64,000 nucleotides of DNA from Polyangium mundeleinium (lineage in GTDB: Bacteria; Myxococcota_A; Polyangia; Polyangiales; Polyangiaceae): NCBI RefSeq assembly GCF_028369105.1, contig NZ_JAQNDO010000001.1, positions 1,843,711 through 1,907,710 of the forward strand, read 5' to 3'. The translations under genes and the position numbers were made by a program. The first letter of the stretch is position 1; the number at the start of each line of letters is the position of its first letter. The notes under the pieces were generated by a model that saw nothing but the letters and a program-made list of their open reading frames with translations, made no database searches and was not told the DNA's origin. Of this stretch, positions 20,435 through 28,875 are shown piece by piece.

Positions 20435-22372
20435 TCACTTGACCTTGGGGATGTACTGCGGGAGGACGAAGTACACGAGCTTGATCCCGTTCTTGCCGCC
20501 GAGGACCTGCCCGTCAGGCGTACGTACGCGGATCAAGGCGCGCATCACGAGCAAGGTCGCGGGCTTGATCGTGTTGTTCACGGCGTGCACGCGGAAGCTC
20601 ACGGGCGCGTCGCCCTGCAGGCCGAAGAACGTGGTCTCCGTGCGGCTCGCGTAGGGCAGGGGAGAGGCCGCGCTCTCGAGCGTCTCGATCTTCGTGATGA
20701 GCGTGCTCGCGTCGAACGGCGCCATCCCCTGATCGACCGGCGGGTTCTGGTATGCGAGGTCCGGCACGCCGTCGCCCGTGCAATCGATGCCGCCGTCGCA
20801 CGCGTAGTTCTCGCGCGCCGTGGTCACGTCGTGCAGGCCCGCGTCCGCGAGCCGGCCGAGCAGGCGCACGACCTCCTGCGACACCGAGCCGCTGCCGACG
20901 TCCGTCTTCGGCACGAGCGGGTGGTCTTTCCCGCCAAACGCGGGGTCGTGGTAGAGGCTGCCCGTCTGCGTGGCGAGGTCCGTGAGGTCGGCCCGCGCCG
21001 CGCCCGGGCTGCCCGTCGCGACGGGCACGCCGACGACCTTCGCGTTGATGTTGTTCAGCGCGGTCACGGCCTCGGCGTACGTCTTCACCGTCCCGCCGAC
21101 CTTCGCCCCGTCGTACTGGTGCGTGACGTTCGGCCCGTTGTGGAACGCGGCGTCCGTGATGAGCACGAAGATCGGCAGCGACTCGGGCCGGAAGCAGGGC
21201 GCGCCGATGCCGCCGGCGAGCGGACAGGTGTACTGCGGGTAGTTCCAGATCCCGCCGATCGTGAGCGCGTAGTTGTTCGGGTTCGTCGCGGCGAGCCAGA
21301 GCGCTTGGGATGTCCCCTCGGGCGCGTCACCGCCGCCCCCCGCCGTGAGCGTGCCGAGGATCTGCTTCGTCGCGATCGGCGCCGTGTACTTCTGCCCGTC
21401 GAACACCGGCGGCGCGAGGTCCCCGGCGATCGTTTGAGCACCAACCTGGAAGCGATACCGATAGAGCGCGTCCCCGTCCTGCCCGTACGGCAGCCACGGC
21501 ACGTCGCGCACCTCGCCCACGCCGATCCACGCGTCGCCGATCGCCGGGATCGGCGGGGTCGCCGTGGGATCGCCGTTCAGGATCGCCGGGATGATCTCCG
21601 TGTCGATCGACGCCTTCAGGTTGTCGATCGCGGGCTGCATCGAAGCCGTCGTGTCGATCAGGAAGTAGATGTCGGCCTTCGTGACGCCGGTCGAGAACGT
21701 AAAATCCTTCGTCTGCTCGCCGCCCTGGTACGGCAGGACGAAGTAGAGCCCCGCATCCACAGGAACCGAGCCCTTCTCCGTCGGGCTCGATCCAGCCGCG
21801 AGCTCGACGAGATCGATGACGCCGTCGTCGTCGCAATCGACGCGCACGCGGCAGCCCTTCGTGCCGTCCGCGTCGTACGTCGTCTCTTGCGTGTCCGACA
21901 CGCCGTCGTTGTCGCTGTCGAGATCGCGCACGTCCGGATCGCCGTCGCCGTCCGAGTCCGCGAGCGGATCGCAGCTATCGTCACGCGTTTGTCCGGGCTC
22001 GCCGTTCAGGAGGAAGGGGTTTGCCGCTTCGTCCGCGTCGAGCACGCCATCGCCGTCGCTGTCGTTGTCGAGCGCATCGGGCGTACCGTCGCCGTCCGTG
22101 TCCTTGTCTGGGCCGAGCTCGAGGAAATCGGCGATGAGGTCCTTGTCCTTGTCCGTCGGATCGCCGCACGTCCCGCCGGAGTCGAGGAACAGCGTGCCTC
22201 CCTCACCGCCCGCGCCCATGCCGGACGAGGACGAGTTGCCATCACCGCTCGCGCCAGCGCCCGATCCGCCGGGATTGATCCCGGAGTCGGGCGAGCAGGC
22301 CAGCGGGACCGAGGCGGCCGCCACGAGGAACGAGAGCCCGAGGCCAAACGAGCGCAAGCGATTCTGCTTCAT
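20435..22372 (-). CDS. Lipoprotein with thrombospondin type-3 Ca-binding (DxDxDGxxD) repeats and vWA-like domain
   Basis: Lipobox PLACS. Multiple DTDGDGTPDALDND / DSDGDGDPD repeats are followed by a vWA-like segment with IDTTASM (DxSxS-type). Confidence 0.7.
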   Translation of the reverse strand: MKQNRLRSFGLGLSFLVAAASVPLACSPDSGINPGGSGAGASGDGNSSSSGMGAGGEGGTLFLDSGGTCGDPTDKDKDLIADFLELGPDKDTDGDGTPDALDNDSDGDGVLDADEAANPFLLNGEPGQTRDDSCDPLADSDGDGDPDVRDLDSDNDGVSDTQETTYDADGTKGCRVRVDCDDDGVIDLVELAAGSSPTEKGSVPVDAGLYFVLPYQGGEQTKDFTFSTGVTKADIYFLIDTTASMQPAIDNLKASIDTEIIPAILNGDPTATPPIPAIGDAWIGVGEVRDVPWLPYGQDGDALYRYRFQVGAQTIAGDLAPPVFDGQKYTAPIATKQILGTLTAGGGGDAPEGTSQALWLAATNPNNYALTIGGIWNYPQYTCPLAGGIGAPCFRPESLPIFVLITDAAFHNGPNVTHQYDGAKVGGTVKTYAEAVTALNNINAKVVGVPVATGSPGAARADLTDLATQTGSLYHDPAFGGKDHPLVPKTDVGSGSVSQEVVRLLGRLADAGLHDVTTARENYACDGGIDCTGDGVPDLAYQNPPVDQGMAPFDASTLITKIETLESAASPLPYASRTETTFFGLQGDAPVSFRVHAVNNTIKPATLLVMRALIRVRTPDGQVLGGKNGIKLVYFVLPQYIPKVK

Positions 22373-22417
22373 CGTGCACCTGTGCCAGCAGAAGGAAGGC
22401 GACGCGAAAACGCCGGC

Positions 22418-23206
22418 TCAGGGTATCACGTTGGCCCGCCGTTCCCTCCGTCGCCTCGCGCGGGGCCGCATCTCTTCGTGCTGGGCCTCTTCCTCGGCCG
22501 CGGCCTCGTCCGCCGCCGAGCCAGGCTCGCTCGCAAACCGCTGCCGGAAGCGCTTCCGGAGCGGCTCCCGGCCGTGCGCGCCGGCCACGGCGTCCGCCGG
22601 CGGCAGCGGCGCCGCGTCGAGCCGCACGAGATCCGCCGCGGCCACGGCGGGCTCGTCGAGGTGCGTCGCCGCCCGCACGAGCAGCCCGCGCACCTCGGCG
22701 CGCACGGCCGCGTCACGTGTCCATCCGGGACGCGCGTGCGCCACGATCGCCCGCGCGAGCAGGAGCTCGGCGCGGCCCCGCACGTCGTCCGGGATCCACG
22801 TCGCGAGCGCGGGATCCGCGGCCGCCGAGAGCGCGCGCCGCAGCGCATTGATCCGCCTCGGGCCAAACCGCGCCGTGTCTTCGGCCGCGCACGTCGCGAG
22901 CCGCGCGAGCCGCTGCGCCACGAGCCGCGCCGCGTGCCCCACGGGCTCCGCCTCGCACGTGGGCAGAGGCCGCGCGCGATCGAGCGCGAGCAACACGGCC
23001 GCGAGGCACGCGCCGGCCACGATCACCGTGACCATCACGATCGCGACCTCGGCGTGGGATTGCGGCAACCACCCCGTCGTGATGGCGATGAACGCGGCGC
23101 TCGCGGCGAGCACGAGCCCCGTGCATCCGAGCGCGCCTTGCGTGTGCGCGATGCGCCGCGTCGGCCCTTGCCGGACGATGCGCCCTCCGCTCGGCAGGCG
23201 CTTCAT
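22418..23206 (-). CDS. Hypothetical membrane protein
   Basis: An ORF with two hydrophobic helices and no recognisable domain. Weak call in GC-rich background. Confidence 0.3.
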   Translation of the reverse strand: MKRLPSGGRIVRQGPTRRIAHTQGALGCTGLVLAASAAFIAITTGWLPQSHAEVAIVMVTVIVAGACLAAVLLALDRARPLPTCEAEPVGHAARLVAQRLARLATCAAEDTARFGPRRINALRRALSAAADPALATWIPDDVRGRAELLLARAIVAHARPGWTRDAAVRAEVRGLLVRAATHLDEPAVAAADLVRLDAAPLPPADAVAGAHGREPLRKRFRQRFASEPGSAADEAAAEEEAQHEEMRPRARRRRERRANVIP

Positions 23207-23379
23207 CGCGCGCGACGCGGCTTGATGCAGCCCGACCGACAGCGGGCCGAGCTCCAGCTTCGGTGGTTCGCGGAAGGGGGATTGCGGCGTCCCCGCGCGC
23301 CGAACGCCGGTCATCGTAGACCGACACTACCAGAGCATCGGCCTCTTCCGGAACGCGCCGCAGGACGTCGCCGCGGGTG

Positions 23380-24042
23380 TCAGCGAGGCCCGCGTCGGTT
23401 CGCTTTTTCCTCGTGCCCGCTCGTCCCTGCGCGCGCGGCGAGCACGTGCACCACCTCGCGCAGCGACACGCCACGCGACGCGAGCCCCACGAGCACGTGG
23501 TACACGAGATCCGCGGCCTCGTTCGCGACGCGCGTGTCGTCCTCGCCTTCGATCGCACGGACGAGCTCGTCCGCCTCTTCGCGGATCTTCGCGCCGATCT
23601 TCGCCGGGCCTCCGTCGAGCAGCGACCGCGTGTAGCTCTTCTCCGCGCTCGACGTGCGCCGCGCCTCGATCTCGCGCTCCAGCACGTCGAGGAACGCGGC
23701 TGCATCCACGCCGGACTCCGCGGCGATCCCGCGCTCGTCCACGCGGCGGAAGAAACACGCGGGTTTGCCCGTGTGGCACGTCGGCCCGACCGGATCCACG
23801 AGCAGGAGCAGCGCGTCGGCGTCGCAGTCCGCGACGATCGTCGCGACGGCGAGCGTGTTGCCACTCGTCTCGCCCTTCTCCCAAAGCGCGCCGCGGGATC
23901 GACTGAAGAACGTTGCTCGCCCCGTCTCGATCGTCCGTTCGAGCGACGCGCGGTTCATGTACGCGAGCATGCGCACCTGACCCGTCAGCCTGTCTTGAAC
24001 GATTGCGGGCAAGAGCCCCGCCTCGCCCCAGGCGAGCTCCAC
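23380..24042 (-). CDS. hisIE: Bifunctional phosphoribosyl-AMP cyclohydrolase / phosphoribosyl-ATP pyrophosphatase
   Basis: HisI cyclohydrolase and HisE MazG-like halves are both present. GTG start. Confidence 0.85.
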   Translation of the reverse strand: MELAWGEAGLLPAIVQDRLTGQVRMLAYMNRASLERTIETGRATFFSRSRGALWEKGETSGNTLAVATIVADCDADALLLLVDPVGPTCHTGKPACFFRRVDERGIAAESGVDAAAFLDVLEREIEARRTSSAEKSYTRSLLDGGPAKIGAKIREEADELVRAIEGEDDTRVANEAADLVYHVLVGLASRGVSLREVVHVLAARAGTSGHEEKANRRGPR

Positions 24043-25586
24043 GCTTCAGCTCTCCTCGGACGGGGGCGGCTCCGAGGTCCGCTCTTCCTCCACCGGCTTC
24101 TTCTTCGTCTTCTTCGTCGCGACGGCCTTCGGCGCCTCGTCCGACGCGTCGGCCTTCTGCGCCTTCTTCGCGGCTTCTTCTTCACGCGCGGCGCTTCGTC
24201 CTCATCCTCGTCCGCGTCTGCATCCGCGGCCTTCTTCGTCGCCGCGGCCGGCTCGCCGTCCTCGTCCTCGTCCTCGTCGGCGACGTTGCTCTCGGCCTTC
24301 TTTTCGGCCGCTTCGTCGTCGATGTAGGCAAGCTGCGGGATCGCCATCGCCGCTTCCGGGTGAGCGAGCGCGGCCTGGTGATAGACCGAGAACGCGAAGG
24401 CCGCTGCGACGCCCGTGCTGAGCGCCACGGCTTGTGATGTCGACAGCTCGATCGTCGCCGAGGTCCCGAACGACTCGGGCCGAAGCGCGAGGAAGAGCAC
24501 GACGGCCGGGACGAACGCGAGGATCTGCGACAGGCGCCGCATCGTCGGGTTCTCGACCATCTTCGAGATGCCGACCACGTAGCCGACCGCGAAGAGCGAG
24601 AGCGCGAGCGGCAGGAGGATGTGCTCGGGCAAGGACGGCGGGATCCAGCCGCGCTCGTCGTCCGCGCGCAGCATCTCCAGCAAGAAGCGTCCGACGCCGT
24701 AGGCGAACGTGAAGATCAAAAAGATTTGACCCCGAAACTTCTGATACCGCCGCGAGACCAGGAGCAGCACGAGGAGCGAAACGCCGACGAGCGACTCGTA
24801 GACCTGCGTCGGGTGCACCGGGAGCGATGCCGTCGCGTCGTCCTCGATGAGGTGCTTCTTCACGTGCTGGATCCAGGCCGGCGAGCCGGCAGGCGCGCCG
24901 CTCGGCGTCTCGATCACCGAGGGATCCCAGCGAGGGAACGTGCCGAGCTTCTGCAGCCACGCGGGCGCTGTCTTCGCGAGCGGCTGGCCGAAATCACAGC
25001 CGAACAGGTAGCAGCCGACGCGCGTGATCATGAGGCCCGACGCGAGGCTCGGCACCGCCACGTCCGCCCACGGCAGGAGCGGGATCCCGTGACGCCGCAG
25101 GAACACCAGCGATCCGATGAATCCGCCGAGAAAGCCGCCGTAGGCCACGAGCCCGCCCTTGCGGACGTCGAGCATCGCGCCGAACGACTCGAACTCGTTC
25201 AGGTTCGTAACGATGTACAGGATGCGCGAGCCCACCACCGCGGCCACGGCCGTGACCACGTAGTTGTTCGCCATCAGCTCTTTCGGCAGCCCATCCCGCT
25301 CCGCGAGCCCGAGCGTCAGATACCAGCCCACGACGAGCGACAGGCCGAGCATCACGCCGTAGCTGTAGATGGGCAGCGGGCCGACAGGCACCGTGCTCGC
25401 GCGGAACACGAACGCCGCGGCGCCGAGGGCCACTGTCGCGATGGCAGCGCCGATCGCGAAGGCCCTGTTCTTCGTCACGAACTGGTAGATCGCGACGATC
25501 GCCGCGATCCCCGCGAGCGCGCACAGGACCCAGAGCAGGGGTAGCGTCGTGCGCGGGAGCGGCACGCGGAACAGGATCGGATGCAT
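23985..25586 (-). CDS. lgt: Prolipoprotein diacylglyceryl transferase with Lys/Ala/acidic C-terminal tail (probable frameshift near 24170-24200)
   Basis: Lgt signature core YGFGCDFGQP. As printed, the frame runs into a poly-Arg stretch overlapping hisIE by 58 nt. The alternate frame gives a compositionally consistent KKAQKADASDEAPKAVATKKTKKKPVEEERTSEPPPSEES tail ending at TGA 24046-24048. Confidence 0.85.
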   Translation of the reverse strand: MHPILFRVPLPRTTLPLLWVLCALAGIAAIVAIYQFVTKNRAFAIGAAIATVALGAAAFVFRASTVPVGPLPIYSYGVMLGLSLVVGWYLTLGLAERDGLPKELMANNYVVTAVAAVVGSRILYIVTNLNEFESFGAMLDVRKGGLVAYGGFLGGFIGSLVFLRRHGIPLLPWADVAVPSLASGLMITRVGCYLFGCDFGQPLAKTAPAWLQKLGTFPRWDPSVIETPSGAPAGSPAWIQHVKKHLIEDDATASLPVHPTQVYESLVGVSLLVLLLVSRRYQKFRGQIFLIFTFAYGVGRFLLEMLRADDERGWIPPSLPEHILLPLALSLFAVGYVVGISKMVENPTMRRLSQILAFVPAVVLFLALRPESFGTSATIELSTSQAVALSTGVAAAFAFSVYHQAALAHPEAAMAIPQLAYIDDEAAEKKAESNVADEDEDEDGEPAAATKKAADADADEDEDEAPRVKKKPRRRRRRPTRRTRRRRPSRRRRRRRSRWRKSGPRSRPRPRRAEAWSSPGARRGSCPQSFKTG

Positions 25587-25682
25587 GGCCGCCCTTCCTT
25601 ACGCTTGCCCCAAGGGCCGGGCAAGCGTCGCCGATGCTCGCGGCCCTTTTGGTGGAGCCCCGCCTGCTGCTACGATGCCGGC

Positions 25683-26444
25683 GTGCTCAGACGAGCGACC
25701 ACGATCCGCGCGTGCGCCCTCCTCTCGCTCACGCTCGTTTCGTGTGTGCCCGAGGGACCGCCCACAGCAGACGCCGGCCCCGCGCAGGCCGCCCGCCCGG
25801 CGACCCCGCGCCCCCAAACCAAGGCCCCGGCCGTCCCTCTGGTCCCGCCCGGTCCGCCCATCACGGCGCCCTTCGAGGACACCTTCGACCGCGCCGCGCT
25901 CGGCGAGGACTGGAACGCGCTCTCCCCCGGCTGGCACATCGAGAACGGCCGCCTCTGCGGCAAGAGCGCGAAGAATCGCGGCATCTGGCTCCGCCGCCGG
26001 CTCCCCGTGAACGCACGTATCGAGTTCGACGCTTACGCCGAGAGCGCGATCGGCGACCTCAAGGTCGAGCTATGGGGCGACGGGCAGAGCGGCGCCACGA
26101 CGACGTCGTACACGAACGCCACGAGTTACATCGCCATTTTTGGCGGTTGGCGGAACTCGAAGCACGTCCTCGCGCGCCTCGACGAGCACGGCGACGACCG
26201 GCTCGAGATCGACGTCGATCCGAAGAGCGACGACGAGCGCGAGCGCCCCGTGTCTGCGGGCCAGGCTTATCGGTTCCGCGTCGAGCGCGCGGACGGCAAG
26301 ACGATTGTGTGGTCGATCAACGGCGTCGAGTACTTCACGCTCACCGACCCCGAGCCACTCGCGGGCCCTGGACACGAGCATGTCGGCTTCAACGACTGGG
26401 AGGTCCCGGTCTGCTTCGACAACCTGAAGGTCACGCCGCTCTGA
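25683..26444 (+). CDS. Lipoprotein with LamG/jelly-roll (DUF1080-like) domain
   Basis: GTG start and lipobox LVSC. A beta-rich domain follows, tentatively concanavalin-like. Confidence 0.55.
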   Translation: MLRRATTIRACALLSLTLVSCVPEGPPTADAGPAQAARPATPRPQTKAPAVPLVPPGPPITAPFEDTFDRAALGEDWNALSPGWHIENGRLCGKSAKNRGIWLRRRLPVNARIEFDAYAESAIGDLKVELWGDGQSGATTTSYTNATSYIAIFGGWRNSKHVLARLDEHGDDRLEIDVDPKSDDERERPVSAGQAYRFRVERADGKTIVWSINGVEYFTLTDPEPLAGPGHEHVGFNDWEVPVCFDNLKVTPL

Positions 26445-26448
26445 CCGC

Positions 26449-28203
26449 ATGGAACACGCCGAGGTCGAACGCGCCCTGGAGGATCTCGACAGCCGACTCG
26501 AACGGCTGCGAGCGCTCTACGAGCAGTACTTCCTCGGCATCGAGAAGCTCGAGCCGCTGGTCCCGCGCAAGGAGCTCGAGCGGCGCATCATGCTCCTGCG
26601 CCGCGAGCAGATCCGGAACACTGCGCTCCGCTTCAAGTTCCAGACGCTGATCCAGCGCTACAACACGTTCCAGCAGTACTGGGGCCGCGTCGCGCGCGAG
26701 ATCGAGAACGGCACCTACCAGCGCGACGTGCTCCGCGCGGCCGCGCGCTTCGGCACGAAGGACGCGCTGACGATCGTCGGCAAGAAGCAAAAAGAGAAGT
26801 ACGCGAAGCTCGCCGCCGCACAGGAAGAGCGACGCGCCCGCATCCGCAAGGAGGCGCTCACGCTCGACGAGGAGGTGCTCGCCGACGAGGATCTCCTGGC
26901 CGACGAGGTCGAGGATGTCGCGGACGAAGAGCTCGCCGACGACGCGCTCGAGTTCACGACCGCGGAGCCGCCGCCGGCAAAGGCCGCGCCGCCGCCGCCC
27001 CCGAAGCCCGCCGCGCCGCCGCCCCCGCCCGCGGCCTCGAAACCGGCCGCGCCGCCGCCCCCGCCTGCGGCCCCGAAACCGGCTGCGCCGCCACCGCCGC
27101 CTTCGAGCCCGGGACGAATCTCCGCGCTGCCTCCGCCGCCGCCCGCGATCGGAAAAGCGCCTCCACCGCCGCCCGCGCCGGGCAAACCTGCCGCGCCGCT
27201 GCCGCCTCCCGCGGGCAAACCCGCCGCGCCGCCGCCGCCTCCCGCGGGCAAACCTGCCGCGCCGCCTGCGCCTTCGCTCGCCGCGAAGGCCCCGCCGCCT
27301 CCGCGCCCGCCGCTCGCCTCGACGCCGCTCGATCGTCCTTCCGCGCCTCCGCCTGCGCCGCCGCCCGAGCCTCCGCCCGCGGCGAAGCCGGCCGAGCCCG
27401 CGCCGCCCGCCAAGCCGGAGCCGACGAAAAAGCCCGAGCCCGTGCCGCTGATGATGATGATGCGCCGGCCCGAGGCGTCGATCGCATCCAAAGCCGCGGA
27501 GCCGAAGCTCGCGGAAACGAAGCCTGCCGAGGCGCCTCCGCCGGCCGACGCGCCGGCCGCGCGACGCCCGCAGGCTTCCTCGCCCGACCTCGGCAAGCGC
27601 CGCGTCGCTGAGCTCGCGGCCCAGGCGAAACAAGGCAAAGCGGGTCTGAGCGGCCCTGCCTCGGCGCGCCCGCTGGACCTCGACCTCGACCTCGACGCAT
27701 CGAAGCAAGGGCCGCCCTCGCGACGCAGGCCTTCGAGCACACGCACGCGGGCCGCCGTCCACGTCCCGACCGTGTCCGATGAGCCCGTGCCGAGCGTGCC
27801 GGCGCCGTCCTCGCGCCGGAAGAGCAGCCGCAGCATACGCGCGGTCGTCGCGCCGCCGCCGCCCGATCCTCCGCCCGAAGCGCCGGCACCTCCTCCGGAT
27901 ACGGACACGCCCGCGCCCGAGGCGCGCCTTCAGCCTGGACCACGCCCCGCGCCAGCGCGACCTCGCCCGTCGCAGGGGTCGTCCGAGGACCTCTCGGACG
28001 CGCGGATCCGTCAGATTTACGCGCAGTACGTCGAGGCCAAGCGCGCCGCGAAGGAGTCGACCGCGGGCGTCACGTACGAGGCGCTCGCCAAGCAGCTCCG
28101 CCAGCAGGCCGAGAAGCTCAAGGCTTCCCACCCCCAAAAAACGGTCGACTACAACGTGGTGATGAAGGACGGCAAACCCACGCTCAAGCCGATCCTTCGC
28201 TAG
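26449..28203 (+). CDS. Proline-rich protein with conserved N- and C-terminal domains
   Basis: A ~130-aa helical N-domain is followed by a ~250-aa linker of KPAAPPPPP repeats and a conserved C-terminal domain (IRQIYAQYVEAKRAAKE...). No TM segment. Confidence 0.65.
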   Translation: MEHAEVERALEDLDSRLERLRALYEQYFLGIEKLEPLVPRKELERRIMLLRREQIRNTALRFKFQTLIQRYNTFQQYWGRVAREIENGTYQRDVLRAAARFGTKDALTIVGKKQKEKYAKLAAAQEERRARIRKEALTLDEEVLADEDLLADEVEDVADEELADDALEFTTAEPPPAKAAPPPPPKPAAPPPPPAASKPAAPPPPPAAPKPAAPPPPPSSPGRISALPPPPPAIGKAPPPPPAPGKPAAPLPPPAGKPAAPPPPPAGKPAAPPAPSLAAKAPPPPRPPLASTPLDRPSAPPPAPPPEPPPAAKPAEPAPPAKPEPTKKPEPVPLMMMMRRPEASIASKAAEPKLAETKPAEAPPPADAPAARRPQASSPDLGKRRVAELAAQAKQGKAGLSGPASARPLDLDLDLDASKQGPPSRRRPSSTRTRAAVHVPTVSDEPVPSVPAPSSRRKSSRSIRAVVAPPPPDPPPEAPAPPPDTDTPAPEARLQPGPRPAPARPRPSQGSSEDLSDARIRQIYAQYVEAKRAAKESTAGVTYEALAKQLRQQAEKLKASHPQKTVDYNVVMKDGKPTLKPILR

Positions 28204-28335
28204 GAGCTCCAAGCAACTTTGCGAGGAGCTCCAAGCATCGGCTCGGGCGCGTCTGATCTCGCGTCCGTCGTGACGGTTTGGTTGGTGGGGGGAAGAAAGA
28301 GCGGGGGAATCGAAGCGGGGGCTGCGCCGAGCTGG

Positions 28336-28629
28336 CTAGCGGTGCGCGGCACCTCGCGTCTGCATGGCGGCCCGCTTGGCGACAGGCGGCGCGAACGAAT
28401 CATCCTCGCAATACAGGATCGCGCATGCCGTTCTGTCGGACTCGCGCATCCTGCTGCATAACTCCCCGAGGTCCTCGTCGCTGTCGACGACATCCGCCTG
28501 CTGGGGTTGGGACGACCCGTCCTCGTAATCGATGTTGTCGAGTGCGACCCACCGCCCCCGATACTCGTCGGAGCGGCACATATCGAGCCACGTCATCCGG
28601 ATGGCTCCGCGACGTCTACTGCCCATTGC
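28336..28629 (-). CDS. Small hypothetical protein
   Basis: ORF with an acidic Cys-containing core (RGRWVALDNIDYEDG...CEDD). Weak. Confidence 0.25.
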   Translation of the reverse strand, partial: AMGSRRRGAIRMTWLDMCRSDEYRGRWVALDNIDYEDGSSQPQQADVVDSDEDLGELCSRMRESDRTACAILYCEDDSFAPPVAKRAAMQTRGAAHR

Positions 28630-28875
28630 CCGTGAACGACCTTCTCCTCTGCAATCTCCGGCATCGGCGCCGACGTGGGCTGCGAAGTGCAGCTCGTCGG
28701 CTTTGACACGCTGCGCCGAACCATCGAACAGAGGCTTCTGCGAACGAGCGTCATCGCTCGCAAGGTCCATCTAGCACCCGCGTCGAACGGGCGTCAAGCG
28801 CGTCAAAACGCGGTCACACACAGGCGAATTCCCATCTAGGGCCGCTGTACGACCCTGTCGAGGGGACGCGCTGCG

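Noticed and set aside
20294-23635. 1113-aa plus-strand ORF
   Set aside because: It is antisense to the TSP3 lipoprotein, hypothetical membrane protein and hisIE genes. It is Arg-rich low-complexity with no domain signal.
26715-28212. Minus-strand ORFs of 397-593 aa, rich in Arg/Gly/Ala
   Set aside because: They are antisense to the proline-rich protein gene. The repeats mirror its CCG/GCC-rich codons.
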